From Octopus vulgaris (Eukaryota): a DNA stretch of 64,000 nt. This document shows, one piece after another, positions 1-15,387 of this stretch. Location of the stretch: contig OX597817.1 in NCBI GenBank assembly GCA_951406725.2, forward strand, positions 27,342,001-27,406,000. Reading direction: 5' to 3'. The notes below the pieces were generated by a model. It did no database searches, was not told the origin of the DNA, and saw only the letters and a program-made list of their open reading frames with translations. Position 1 is the first letter of the stretch. Every line of letters starts with the position of its first letter. The position numbers and the translations under genes were made by a program.

Positions 1-1254
1 TCATAATCATCTGCATTGTTTTGTGTATCTATGACAATATTGTATCATGTGCCTTCTTGTTTGTTTGAGACTGTCGGGTATGATTTGATAGGAATTTGTC
101 TGCTGCTATTTCTAATAGCTCGAGTGACAAAGTAGAAATTTTTCAGCTAATTGCTATTGGTTTGATTGATTATTAAGGATACTTAATAAAACCCCGTAAC
201 TATCATGTTGTAGATTGGTCGAGTGAATACATTAATGCAAAAATAATCCAACTTGAGTGTTTTTCTTCCCGTTATAGGCATATTAAATGCTTACCGTTGA
301 ATAAAATTCTCATAAAATATATTTATAATGTGCATGATTCTACTTATTTGCTTTTTATATCGAGAAAAAAAAGTAGACTCAGAGTTAAAAGTAAAAGGAT
401 TTACTAAACAGTATCACCTTAAATGGACTGGCTTATTTTAACAATCTCCTGGATAATTTTCCCGACTTTATTTATTTTTCATTAATATAGCAAAGGAACA
501 GATAACTCGACAGACACTACTTAATCATGCTAAAAGAAATTTCTCGTGAAACGACAGTTTTCTCTGAAATACCTTTATTGAATATATCGCTAACAGAACC
601 AAAGTAAATAAAATAAAACAAACTAATATGGCCTCTTCTAGAACGTGATTATTGTATTTTACTCTTAATGTTCCACATTAGATTAGTTTTAGAGCGCGTT
701 TCTCTGAATGTTAGTGTATGCATTATGCTAGTTCTTCTATCAAAGTTAAAACTATTTTGTCGGTTGTAAAGTCATCTCAGACGATTTACTATTATTGTTC
801 ATCTCGAGACAGTTTATCAAACAAAACCGTATTTTAGCGCTAATCATTTATCTCTCCGCCCCATCTCTCTCTCCCTCTCTCCCTCTCTGTCATTCGCTCT
901 CTTCTCTCTCGATCTATATTTTTTAATCCGACTTTCTCTGTATATTACTATATCATTCGTTTGCACAAGTCTTACTTCATTTTAATGTCTCTATTTCACC
1001 AGCAATTTATTTTAATCGTCCTTCCTGCCATTCTGTTTCATCCTTGCCTCCTGTCACCCCGTTTAAAGCTAGCGTAACAGCAGCCAATGATTTTCTCTCT
1101 TGCCACATTATCTTCTTTACTTTTTCTACTCTCTTCTTTTCTTCTCCATCCACAGCATTACATACTTGTATGTAAATGTATATGAGAGTGTAAGTACTCA
1201 CACACACACTCGCACACGCACATACACGCACACATCTATAAGTGTCTGAGAGTG

Positions 1255-1685
<431 letters not shown>

Positions 1686-2253
1686 TCTGAATCGAAGACA
1701 TTCGGTCATTTATCGACTCATTTAGTAGCCAAACGGAATGTTTTAGATCACGCAGCAAAGCTTCAAAACCGAATAGCTTGTTTACATATTAATGAGAATT
1801 TGCCATGATTCTGTCGTTCTTTAGAGATATAACTGGTAAACGGCTGAAGAAAATACACATGAAGTCATTAGAATTATGTGACGACTTTATAATTTCAGTC
1901 TTATGGTAAATTTGTTTTATGGCACACAAGGGAAATGTAAAGGTCGCCAAACTTCATTAAACGCTACACGATGTTTTTCTCCCGCAAAACATATGAACGA
2001 CAATGTGAAAAGTTTCAGATTTCCGTTTATAGCAGGTGTTTGCTACAATTTGATTTATCGGTGCCGTCACCAACAAAATTGTCTCCGATCATTCTAGCCT
2101 CTACCACGTATATGCTAATGGAACATTGTCAAATAATTGAAGTCACGAAATGCTTTTATGTGTAGAAAATGGCATTTCACAAACGCAAACACATACACAC
2201 ACACATTAACAAACTCACATTGACACGGACGTATATTCAGATTCGTTTCAACA

Positions 2254-2295
<42 letters not shown>

Positions 2296-2461
2296 TCCAA
2301 AGTGCCGACTGTTTGAGGAAATTCGTATGGTTGTATTAATTTTTTTTACAGACATGACGGTTCAGATTTATAGAAGAAAAGAAAGACGCAGTTGTGATAT
2401 TTATGCTCTTCTTCCAAAACATTACCGACTTAAACAAAACGGTTTCCACTGGGAAATGAAA

Positions 2462-2691
2462 GGCGGTGAGCTGGCAGAATCGTTAGCACGCCGGGCGAAA
2501 TGCTTAGCGGTATTTCGTCTGCGTTACGTTGTGAGTTAAAATTCCGCCGAGGTCGACTTTGCCTTTCATCCTTTCGGGGTCGATAAATTAAGTGCCAGTT
2601 ACGCACTGGGGTCGATGTAATCGACTTAATATCTATGTCTGTCCTTGTTTGTCCGCTCTGTGTTTAGCCCCTTGCGGGTAATAAAGAAATA
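2462..2691 (+). mobile_element. tRNA-derived SINE, family A (Deu/Nin-like central domain), full length
   Basis: Head ggcggtgagctggcagaatcg...gagttaaaattcc; central gactttgcctttcatcctttcggggtcgataaattaag; 15-bp TSD ggtttccactgggaa at 2441-2455 and 2692-2706; close copies at 28326, 29351, 44577. Confidence 0.9.
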
Positions 2692-2956
2692 GGTTTCCAC
2701 TGGGAATCAAAACCCGAAGAGAGTAAATTTAGCTCCATAAGAATAATCTTCTGTTGAAAGAAACACAAAATTTATTTTACTCCAATAAAAAAAAGAGGAT
2801 TTTTGTTCCCTGAAAGTATGTAGCTGATTATCTTAGTGGTCCTTAAGTTGTCTATTCTGAAATCGATCCAGAATCTTTAGAATATTTATTTTACTTTCAC
2901 CTATGCACTTCCCATTTTTTGCGTTTTCCTTTCACAATAAGCTACTCTCTCTCTCT

Positions 2957-3342
2957 CTCTTTTACTCTTTTACTTGTTTCAGTCATTTGACTGCGGACAT
3001 GCTGGAGCACCGCCTTTAGTCGAGAAAATCGACCCCGGGACTTATTCTTTGTAAGCCCAGTACTTATTCTATCGGTCTCTTTTGCCGAACCGCTAAGTGA
3101 CGGGGACGTAAACACACCAGCATCGGTTGTCAAGCAATGCTAGAGGGACAAACACAGACACACAAACATATACATACACATACATATATATATATATATA
3201 CATATATACGACAGGCTTCTTTCAGTTTCCGTCTACCAAATCCACTCACAAGGCATTGGTCGGCCCGGGGCTATAGCAGAAGACACTTGCCCAAGATGCC
3301 ACGCAGTGGGACTGAATCCAGAACCATGTGGTTGGTAGGCAA
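2957..3342 (-). mobile_element. tRNA-derived SINE, family B (slightly 5'-truncated)
   Basis: Reverse complement matches copies at 29810 and 52876; internal (TA/TG)n and (gtaaaaga)n tail. Confidence 0.9.
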
Positions 3343-5133
3343 AACAGGGAATTTTTTATCGGCTTTTTTGTAGTTTGAAGAACACTGTTACCATGTTAAC
3401 TACTTTCACTAGCGCATGATGTATGAACTCACCACCATTGTGAATATGTCATCAACGTTGCATAATTGGCTGTAGTATTGTAAAATCATCAGGTGTGCAT
3501 ACGCCAACACAAGTGATTTTGACTCAGGCTTAATGAAATTAAATATAAAAGAATTAAACAGTGGAGTAGCTTAACATTTCAAATCTTATTCATCAATGCT
3601 ACTCATCACTAAGCTGTCATATAAACACAGTTTCACTAATTAGTGAAGTCACGAATATTATAATTTCACAGTTTACCTCCATTACATATCTCAGAACTCT
3701 TGTCTGTATTGGAACAAACAAATATATAGTTAAATTAGATTATATATGCTACGAAGCGTATGCTACGCTGAAGCAAAATAAAATGTCTACTCTCTTTTAT
3801 TTACTTGCAGTTATACTGTTATAAATAAATGTATCTGTATTCTGCTGATAGTATCTAAAATAAAACATTTAAGACATTATTCAGAATAAATCAGTTCGAT
3901 ATCCATTTGGTTGGCATTAACTATTTTCGCATTATGTTTAGGTTTATAATATTTTTTATTTTGTAAATAACTAACATTATTAGCGGACAGCAATTTCCCT
4001 GACGTAGAGATTACTATATCATTAGATATTTATTTAACTGATTTCCATCGTAAAATGGAGATAAACTTTGAAAAATGTTTATGATTTCTAACCTTTCTCT
4101 GACCATCCAATCAGACTTGTCAGTTGACTGGAGTATTTATACACTTATGTTTCTATTCTTTTGACATTCTAGTCTACTTGCTGACATTAACTGCAGTGTC
4201 AACTAAAGATTTATATCATGCGCAACAACTGAGCAATGAAAAGATCTGAATGAGAAGTGGCAGGAGAGATAGAACAAGAATAAGGATGGTTTTATTTATA
4301 ATGACTGGTAAATATTTGCCTCTTGGTTCGTTGACACCTATTTTTATTAACATTGCTATTCATTCTGATCTATGCAGTTGATATTACAGTTTCCATGATG
4401 AAAAAAAAAGACTGCTGACTTTTTCTAAAGGGATAATTTATATAAGTTCCTTATTTTTAAAGTAATACTCTGTATGAATAAATACTAAACTTAACTTGTT
4501 TACTCGGTTTTATCGTCGTTTTTATCTCGCATTAGAATCTTCATTTTCGACAAGTATAAAGTAAAAGAAAACAATTTACAGGAAGAGCCATAGCTATTCT
4601 GTTTGTCTTCACACTGGGGACAGTTATGCAACACAACAGTGGAATCTTATACATAACTTCAGGGAGATCGGAAAATTATCATTTCTTTTTTATTGGCTGT
4701 TGGCATAAAAAACCCAAATTATTTGTCTTATCTTTATTAATAGAACTATTTAAAGTAGTACAAACTGCATATACAGAGACAAAAATTAACAATACTACTA
4801 AAAACTTCTTAAAATAAAAACAAATATAATACAAAAAAAAACAACAAATGAAGTGAAGATATAATGGTTAACCATCGTGTAGTTTCAAACTATTTGGAAT
4901 ATCAGTGTAACCTCTTTGGGAAGAAATATTTCACAATCTGAATAAATAGTGATAAAAATGAAATCTATAGTAACGAGTTATTACAAGGAGATTAACACCA
5001 TATACTCAGAAAATATGCTTCCCTTGAGAGAGGTCTAAACTCACTTTAGTCGCGAAAATTTCATAGCAAAATAAAACACTCTTGTACCACAGTAAGATTA
5101 GCATCTGTAAATCATGTTTTCATATACTTTCAA

Positions 5134-5310
5134 ACACACACACACACAGAGATATATATCTATAGAGAGATATATGCATACATACATACATACATGCATG
5201 CATACATACATACATACATACATGCATGCATGCATACATACATACATACATACACACACACATACATACATACATACATACATACATACATGCATACATG
5301 CATACATGCA
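5134..5310. repeat. Compound (CA)n/(TACA)n/(CATG)n microsatellite
   Basis: Direct reading. Confidence 0.95.
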
Positions 5311-6545
5311 TACTACCAACCAATACATAGTTTTTCACATCTATGCTGAAAATTATTTTGTAATATCTGTGTGTGTGTGTGTGTGTAGGTTTGGGTGTGT
5401 GTGTGTCTAAGTTTGTGTGTGTGTGTAGATATAACTCGAAATGTGTATGATATAGTTAATACGGGACGTATTACAACAGAATAATTACTAGATCGAAAAC
5501 ACTTTGTTGTACGAAACTAAACCATATAAAATTCTTTCAACAGGTTAACTAGAGATCCACCCCTACATGATTTACTGTGACACTGATGAGGCTGGCAACC
5601 AGTGGTTTCGCACCACTCTTATTGCAGGCATATCCTTTCATAAAAAAAACAGTCAACCCTGTAATGGTTAAACATAATGTGATGTATGTAAGTAGACGTG
5701 TGTCCAGTTTTTAAAAAAATCTTTAAATTTATCTCAGAAAAACCAAATTGTTGATACTGAAACAAACACAATCTTCGGAATTCAGACAGCAATTACAAGT
5801 TAAAGTTGTATGCCAACATATTAAAATTACTTCCTCTTAGAAACTGTATTTTAGAATTAGATGCTGTTTTCCCTTTGTTTAAAAACTCTGTCCTTTCAAG
5901 ATTATTAAGCAATTAGTAACGGCTTCATGTTTACCGGTGACTTTAAAAGTGTGAATTTGTAAACAAAGTAAATAAGTTACTTACAGATGTGTGCTTTCTT
6001 ACTCATCTGGAGTGAAAAATTTTACATGTGCTTGAGAACCAGTCTTTACAACCGTACTTGATGCTTTCATTCATTTGGGAAATATTCGGCGAATAAAGTA
6101 ATGTATTGGCAAATTACAGTTGACATGGTTCTCAATGGTCGAGGGAAGACCGAATGTTGATTACTTAAGTATATCAGGGAAGCCTTCATTGACACCTAAC
6201 TGGACTACTAAAGTGTAAGCGATGCCACTCAAGCGGAATTTGTGGACACCATGAGAATTTACTCATCAATTCGGCCTCTGTTGAATTTCAGATGCATGAT
6301 AGTCATTCATGAGAAATTGTTTCGTGAATTTGCAACTGGATAAAATTTTTGATTTGGGGTGAGTGATATTGAAGTTTTTTTTAAGATGTCTTGCTTTCCC
6401 TTGGTCTCTGATATTCAGTCTTCTAAGCTTTCTGTCAATCAACAACTTTTGAACTTGTAGGCCCATTCGTTTTCTCATTTGTGGTTATTAACATTACGGT
6501 GCTCAAGCCTTGTTTGGGAAGAAATCGTTAAAAAATTGTTACAGA

Positions 6546-6731
6546 CATACACGGACACCCACATATATTTATATATAGGAACATAGACATGCTAAAATAA
6601 AAAGATAAATAGCTTTGCTAATCAAGGCACATGTAACTGCTTTTAATTTCGAAAACATTACTGATTTTTAGAACACATTCATTTCTTGTATTTCTTGCTT
6701 TTATATACACACATTCAATTCAAAAAATAAA
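6546..6731 (+). repeat. Diverged local direct repeat, copy 1 (copy 2 at 8221-8402)
   Basis: catacacggaca...ctaatcaaggcacatgtaa.tgcttttaatttcgaaaacattactgat...caattcaaaaaataa shared by both copies. Confidence 0.85.
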
Positions 6732-7054
6732 TGATGTAAACGTTTTCAGTAATGACGTCATAAAAATTTTACAAACTTTCGAGAGAACGTAAAATAATTT
6801 TTTTTTGTGGGATAGTTTATCTCGAAGTACACACGTAAAGATATAAAGAATAGTATGAAAATATTGGGTTGTAAAACCATCTAAGATAGAAAAAGTCGGA
6901 GGTTACTCGAGGGACAAGAAGCCATATTTCCTATAGACATGATAGGCGTTCTACTATTGGATTGAAGTGATCCTTCGAATATCTCTATACGTTTTAGAAA
7001 CTTTATTCTTACCTTGAATAGAAACATTTGAAAGTAGTCAATGAATTTACAGTT

Positions 7055-7065
7055 ACACACACACA

Positions 7066-7126
<61 letters not shown>

Positions 7127-7130
7127 ACAC
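7055..7130. repeat. (CA)n microsatellite
   Basis: Direct reading. Confidence 0.97.
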
Positions 7131-8220
7131 ATATGAAATTCATACATATAAGAGGGATGACTGTTATGTGGACAACCCATATGCTAGAAATAGATCCGCT
7201 ATGGTCTTACCACTGAGAAATGTTCTCAAGAAAATTTAGCATACAGCAGAACGTAAGCGAGCAAGACAATTGAAAAGTAACAAATATATATATTAATCAC
7301 AAACACGTTTCTCTGTCAACAGATTACGTAATTTTACTTACGCAATTTGTCCGTAGATCTTCAGTATGATCGTCAATACAAATATAATTTGCTGAACTAT
7401 ACACGAGACGTCCGCACGAGATCGGATGTGTATCTAGTTCTACCTATTACACTTCTGGTTACTTTCAAAAGTACTTTTCAAAAGTATTTTGCCCAGCATG
7501 CTAACAATTCTGCCATCTCGATGCCTTAAACAATCTATAAATAATAAATGTAACAAATGCCAGGAAGTTGAAACACTGTTTTAAAAAGGGGTAGAAACAG
7601 CAGATGAACTTTAAAAAGAAAGGCAAACGTGAAGGAAGTCATGTAACGATACATATCTTATCGAAAAGAAATCTAAGTAACCCATTTAAGTCTCAGTGAA
7701 AGTAAAAGAAATTGCCATATAATGTATCGGTCATCGTTGGACGTTTACCTCCACTCACAGTATTTTAAGCTAGAACAAACATAAAATGTTAGAAACGGCA
7801 TAAACATAAAATATGTTTCCGTTATTTCATTCATAAAGACTTCAATTTCGTTCAATATTTCAAGTGTAAATTAACACCTTGCAGTGAACTTCTCTAAATT
7901 TCAATTAAAGTTACCGAAAACGGAAAATACCATGAGCCACAGTTGTAAATTTCTAGATTAGGATTTTACGTCCCTGCGTATCTCGGCTTTGTCATAATTA
8001 TTCAGAAATGCGTATCAATAGAATTTATTTCCTTTTTTCTCTCTCAGGGTTTTCTTTTCGTCCTGCCTTCATTCATTTAATTCTTCAAACTACTTTTGGA
8101 ATCCACAATTTTAGAAACGATGTTCTGCTCAGTACATTTATTTATTTTATAATCGTTATAATTAAAATCTTTATGCCCCACACATGCGCGTTCGCACAAA
8201 CACACATATGCACTTATACA

Positions 8221-8402
8221 CATACACGGACATCCGTATATATTTATATATAGGAACACTAAAATAAAAATATAAATAGCTTAACTAATCAAGGCACATG
8301 TAATTGCTTTTAATTTCGAAAACATTACTGATGTTTAAAACACATTTTACATATACATGTATTTCTTGCGTGCATATATACACATACAATTCAAAAAATA
8401 AT
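8221..8402 (+). repeat. Diverged local direct repeat, copy 2
   Basis: Aligns by eye to 6546-6731 with substitutions and small indels. Confidence 0.85.
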
Positions 8403-9984
8403 TTTGTCGCCCTAAGTTAGTATAATACGTAAATTACATTTTTTTTTTGTTTTTTTGCATCTGTTATTCTTCCTTTCTACAATGATTTTTAGATTGGTAT
8501 CATTATCTTTATTGGCGCAAAAGTTGACAATTTAAACAGCTTCGATGTAAGGTATTCACGATTTCAATTATAAGGTAGCAATCTAAATTTTATAAAAGTT
8601 TTGTTTATGCGAGTAAAAAAATGTAATCATTAGAAGATGTTATATGAGAAGGAAAATAGCTCTTAGCTAACAATTGGAAACTGGCATCAGTGATGAAAAA
8701 AATTTCTTTCAAACTAGCGAAAAATTAAAGTGACAAAACTGATATTCTAAAGCAGTATGTCATTTCTAATCGAAATTCAAAACGCATTTCGTCATTCAAG
8801 TGCAATCTACGATACTTTCTCCTTTGATTTGGTGTTAGGCTAATGAGTTATTCGACACAAGATAAAATATAAGAAAAGATTAGATGTAATTTTTCAAATA
8901 TATTCTCATTAATTTGATACTTATCATTCCATTTTAGCAGATTATTTTTGCCAGAATTTTTCCGACTATATAAAACATACATCACACATTTTAAAAAATT
9001 ACTTACCGTACAATAAAAAAAAAAACTATCATGGCAGAATAGAATTACCAGTTCAAAAAATGCTTTTAGCAAGGGCATTAAGAACATTTATATAGAAAAT
9101 TAATTCTCATCAAGCATATGTTTATCTAAAATCGGAAAATAGAGAAAAATTTACATACATTGGGCTATGAAGAAAATATCAGGAAATAGAAATATTGTCG
9201 TAATGCATGCATATAATAAAAACAAATTATCTATTACTTATGAGCATGTAACTTTTACTAAGAGAAAGCAATCAAAAAAGTCTAAACTGTGTAGAGAATT
9301 CTTAATTTCTAATTTAGATATATTCTTATCAAAATGTGGTTTTTAAATTTCCCTTTTAATATTGAAGATTTCTATTACGAGATTCTCTGAGAAATTTAAT
9401 TCTTATTCATTCGAAGATATTAGTCCTACACTTCTTCTACTATGTTTTCTTACAAGGGCTCTCTCACTCACTCTCTTTCTCTCTCTGTCTTCTTTGTTTA
9501 CCACCTCTATTCTAATAACTCTTTCTGTTTCTCTATCGTTATAACTTTTATTCGTTTACTCTATTTGTCATCGTTCTTTTCTTGTCTCTCACTAAATTTA
9601 TATTCCTTTCCCTAATATTTCGCCTCGTATGATTTGTCTTTCTCGCCATTCTGTTACTTCCATACTTTTTCTTACAACGATATATCTCCCCGTTTCTCCA
9701 CTACTTCTATTCCTGTTCTCTCTTTCACTGACAATAAGTAACACACGAAAAACAAACTAGATTATAGGAAGAAGAGAATAGTCTAACTTAAAAACAATAC
9801 AGCGAGCTATCTTCCACAGTTTGTGAATATTCAAGCGCCAATACATAATCATCATCAAATGGACAAGATATGGAGACAAATATCTCATATAAACAGTAGT
9901 GAGACATAATCAGTAGCAGCAATGTATATACAAATAGCGTGCTGGGAGACCAAAGCAGCAAGAAAATTGACAAAAAATGCATTT

Positions 9985-10265
9985 TGAACCTAAAGACAAG
10001 TCTGTTATACAACCACATAATGCAGACACAATAAGGCTTATAGATGGTCAGCTAAATCGAAATATGAGTGTTACTCTGATGAGAAGATAAGACTAGGCAT
10101 CCACTTCCACCAAATATTATTAGGCACTTCCATGTTGGTCATACAGGAAACAGTTTACAAAATATAGATTATAAGAATGCTATGATTTTTGGCCTTCTCG
10201 GGTGCAGAAAAATCAAAGCGTCAAGATTTATTTAGTTCTCTGCTACAGCAGTTTCGTTCGTTCGT
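9985..10265 (+). pseudogene. Possible highly decayed BEL/Pao LTR-retrotransposon pol (pre-integrase/zinc-binding region) fragment
   Basis: Frameshifted pieces IRLIDGQLNR / RHPLPPNIIRHFHVGHTG / FWPSRVQKNQSVKIYLVLC loosely follow the BEL pattern IRVGGRL..HPIILP..IIRH.H..H.G..FWI..VK..C. Confidence 0.35.
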
Positions 10266-10326
10266 ACAAACAAACAGGAAATATAGCAGCCGAAAACCAC
10301 CTGGAGGGCAATGCTTTCCCTTGTGT

Positions 10327-10377
<51 letters not shown>

Positions 10378-10378
10378 A

Positions 10379-11175
<797 letters not shown>

Positions 11176-11377
11176 ATATGTTTATGCGAGACAGGAAAAA
11201 TCGCATGTCTTACTGTATACACTGAGGTTTATATGAAGCAGAGTTGAAGCTGATATTAATCAAATAAGTTGCATGTAGTTGGTGGTTGACACAGAAAATC
11301 TGACATCTCAAAGAAAGCGATGTTGCTTCCATGCCGTCAAGTCCGCAAATAGTTTGAAACTGCCACTTCGCTGCTGT

Positions 11378-11771
11378 GGGAATGGAATGGAAGCACTCCG
11401 TCGGTTACGACGATGAGGGTTCCGGTTGATCCGAATCAACGGAACAGCCTGCTCGTGAAATTAACGTGTAAGTGGCTGAGCACTCCACAGACACGTGTAC
11501 CCTTAACGTAGTTCTCGGGGATATTCAGCATGACACAGAGAGTGACAAGGCCGGCCCTTTGAAATACGGGTACAACAGAAACAGGAAGTAAGAGTGAGAG
11601 AAAGTTGTGGTGAAAGAGTACAGCAGGGATCACCACCATCCCCTGCCGGAGCCTCGTGGAGCTTTAGGTGTTTTCGCTCAATAAACACTCACAACGCCCG
11701 GTCTGGGAATCGAAACCGCGATCCTATGACCGCGAGTCCGCTGCCCTAACCACTGGGCCATTGCGCCTCCA
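11378..11771 (-). mobile_element. tRNA-derived SINE, family C, full length
   Basis: Head tggaggcgcaatggcccagtggttaggg...ggtttcgattcc (A and B boxes); (ttcca)n tail; 12-bp TSD cttcgctgctgt at 11366-11377 and 11775-11786; near-identical copy at 46261. Confidence 0.93.
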
Positions 11772-12443
11772 CGTCTTCGCTGCTGTAGTGAGTTCCTGTA
11801 GAGAGGATGAAATTTTAGCCTTGATTATATTTTGTGTATTACTTTGAGTTAGAATAACATTTTGGCTCTGTCTTCTTCACATGGAAGTTTTTAGAATTTC
11901 CGAAGATTTGTAACTATTGTTGTCATTCTGCAATCACACGGGCTTGAATTTTAACGCTTACATATTTCATTACCCGTATAGGGTTCTCCTCGAATCTTTC
12001 CGCATCTTTAATATAAGGAAGTGTTCTATTTGACTTACAACGTAACATATCATATATAAGGATATTGGATATACATCATTCACGTCATCCTCTTAAGTAC
12101 ACCCACGCTCTTCTATAAATATCGCTTAAGATGATATTATTTCCAGAGAATATATGATTGTACGCTTCTCAGTGCTCCAGTGTGTTATTCTATGGTGATA
12201 TAAAGTGCTCAGCCGACTAAGAAATATCGGAGATATACATTCGTTAACCGTAAAGAAAACATGCTAAAAAGTGGAATAACGGATGTATAGTAAAAATAAT
12301 TTAATTCGGCCACCATTTCTAACTGTCGGAATCTATAAATACCACACACATATGAATCCCCAGTGTATATGTATATATATATATATATATGAAAAAACAA
12401 GTCAAAAATAGAAAATGCTAAGATGATTTTATAGTGAATCTTT

Positions 12444-12481
12444 CAGTACCGGTTTCGGTCATTTTGAGACCTTTTCAACTG
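12444..12481 (-). ncRNA. Minimal type-I hammerhead ribozyme motif, U3-A8 core variant
   Basis: Minus strand: cag UUGAAAA gguc-ucaaaau-gacc GAAA CCGGUA cug; stems I and II pair, stem III is palindromic ACCGGU; lies in a short element abutting (TA)n at ~12366-12390. Confidence 0.7.
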
Positions 12482-15387
12482 TAACGATTAAATAATTAAA
12501 TTTTGAAAAATTTAGAAAAATTAGAAGAAAGGTTTTTTTAAAGGAATACTTCCATAGTAGTGTTCAGATATATGTGGCATTCTGCCTTTCTCTGACTCCC
12601 TTGTTTGCACTTGTGTATTCGAGGTCGTTGTGAGTTCTTGAGGGGGTGGGAGTGGGAAAATCTGGGCTGGTCAGTATGTGTGTGTGTGTGTGTGTGTGTG
12701 TACATGTGTGTGAGAGAGAGAGAAATCGAGAGAGAGACTGAGTTTGTAAAATTGAATCAATGTGTTTAATAGATTTAATATGTGGAATTCACTGAACTAG
12801 AATACAGACAGAAATTATGAAATAAACCATAGCAGTAGATTTGGCTATATTTAGGTATCCGAATGAATATGATCGAGTTGCACTAATGTTGATTCCGTAC
12901 AATGGCAAGCTGCCACACAATTTAGGAGTAGCTATTTAATGGAGTGAATGAATTCCAGTAATTGCGCCGTTTTTGATCGATCCTGGAGGAATGAAAAGTG
13001 AAAGCGAACATGTCTACGATTTACACTAAAATATAGAGTGACAAAACATATATGTAACAAAATTAAACATATATCAAATACAAGGCTACATATTTATAGG
13101 CAATAAACGATACTTGACTGGCACTTATCAATCCCTGAAAGATAAAACGGAAAATTCCATTTCAGTATCGTTTGAATGGAACATAAGTAAATGACGCAAA
13201 GTACACAAAACACTTTTAAGGGATTTCACTATACTATTGCTACATCCGGAAGAATGAATGAGGAATTCATTCTCAGTGGAATATGGGCTCAGGAAGTTGT
13301 AAAGGACCACCAAATACAGCAAAGCTTTAATTATCTTCTGTGCCACACATCATCTGAAACTACTTAATATTTTTATGAATTTAGGGTTCATAACTATATT
13401 GGATATTTTCAAGCCCTTTTCTTCTTAGTACTAACAAATACATCAGTGTTACCCATGTAAAATGTATCGTGATTTTATGTTTTAGAAACGTGGGAATCTT
13501 TTAAGCTAATATCCTTATTACTAGTTTCAGGCAGAGGTTGTGTTCATGCTGGGCCACCGCAATTGGTATTAAGTGGTTTGTATAATGAGACCATTACATG
13601 ACTGATTTTTTTTATCTCTTGGTAATTGTATTTATAATTTATGTTCCTCTTGGACATTTAGATACATCCATGAAGTACACTTCTATATAGTTCGAAGTTA
13701 TATTTATGAAAGAAATTTTCGGGAGAATATATTTTTGAACAAACCTCTTTCGTTATAATGAGCTCAAATTACAGAGATGTCAGATTTTATTTGCTGTATC
13801 TGTGAGCAATAATATTAGATATAACAATATAATGGAGTCACATTATTGTATGTATTCCATGGTTATTTTCCTCATTCTTTGTGATGTTTAGATTATAGCT
13901 ATGACTGTTCAGTGTCTAGAATTGTGATGTATATCGTGATATATATTTGCAGCGCTTTCGTTTTGAATCTAGATTCTGCTGAGATCGATTCTGTCATTCC
14001 CTTTTCCAGTATAATCGAAATATATAACCAATAACATATTAAGGTCGGATCGATATAATCGAATGCTCGTGACCGAAATTTTTTCTGGTTGAGTACCTAG
14101 GTAAGAAATCTACTGTACTCTGCTGAACGGACAGACTCTTTGTAATGCGAAATGAGTCAAGGCTTACGTAAAACATCGTACAATTTAGAAGAGCGAGTGC
14201 AAGCGCTTTCGCTGTAAGAATATGTTCTTACTTTTTATAATAGCTTTGAATAGACCATTATTTAGGCTATGTGCTTTTTCTTGTATAATTTTTGATTTCC
14301 ATTACAATAATATGGAACGTTCAATTCAAAACATTAATGGTTCAAATTCATACAATTCTGACTTCCCCAACAAAGTCCTTATAAGTGGAAGAGCAGTAGA
14401 CTATCAGAATCCTTTGACTATGAAGCAGAATACTATGCGCTATCTAATGGCATTCTTTTACTCTCTGTGTTTGTATCCTACCCAATCAGAATTTGCTTTT
14501 ATTCTCCGAAGTCGACAAACTAGATTATCGCTTAAATATTGGAGTTGATTCGACTTACTTTTTTCTTTCCTTCTTTCTTTCGTTCTTTCTTTTTCCTTTC
14601 CTCTCTCTCTCCCTCTCTCTCTCCTTCACACACAAATACACGTAATGTCTATATAAGAAATTATTCAAAGTAATGAGATTGCTACAGGTGTTGATAACAT
14701 TAATATTGATATTAGTAAACAGGTAATATTGTTAATAATGATGGTGCAGTTAATATTGATTAAAAGTAGTAACTATGTTGTTAATTATGTTTTTAGTGAT
14801 ATTATTTGTAATAATAGTAATAAAAATATTGTTAATAGTATTAGTAACAATATTATTGATAATAGCGGTAATAATAAGAACAGCGTTGAAGTAATGGTTA
14901 CCTCAAATGTTTATCAACTTTTACAAAAATAACTGATATTTGTTTACCTTACTTTAAAATATGTCATTATATTTCTCACTCATGTTTCTGTCGTTAACTC
15001 GATACTTTAAAACATTGCATCATGCTGCTATTCTTGTGCATTTTGAGAAATCCATGACGAATTGCTTTCACAGTATTTCGTAAGCTGATATTTTCTCACA
15101 CCATATGCTGTTACTTCCCCTTTTACTGCATTTAATTTTCTTGGTCATTTTCGTGTATTTAATCCTCATTTCCTACTTCTCAATTCCCTAGTCTTTTCAA
15201 ATTTTACGGAGATAACCATGCATATATATAAATGTTGCTATATATACTTATATATTCATAAGCATAAATATATACTTATATGAGTATATATTGTGTGCGC
15301 AAGTAATAAAGATAGCAACAGCAATAATTAAATGAAAAATGATGCCTAAAATTGGCATAAGCTCATAAATTTTGGAAGGCTTTAATA

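Noticed and set aside
5578-5620. CTGATGAG followed by hairpin gctgg-caa-ccagt
   Set aside because: No GAAA or stem III follows; not a hammerhead
6266-6478. Minus-strand 70-aa ORF faintly like a GIY-YIG C-terminus
   Set aside because: No diagnostic YIG or conserved E/N motif; not supportable
11700-11771. tRNA-like sequences (also SINE heads at 2462, 29810, 40321)
   Set aside because: They are SINE heads continuous with repeat bodies and lack a complete cloverleaf/acceptor stem, so not tRNA genes
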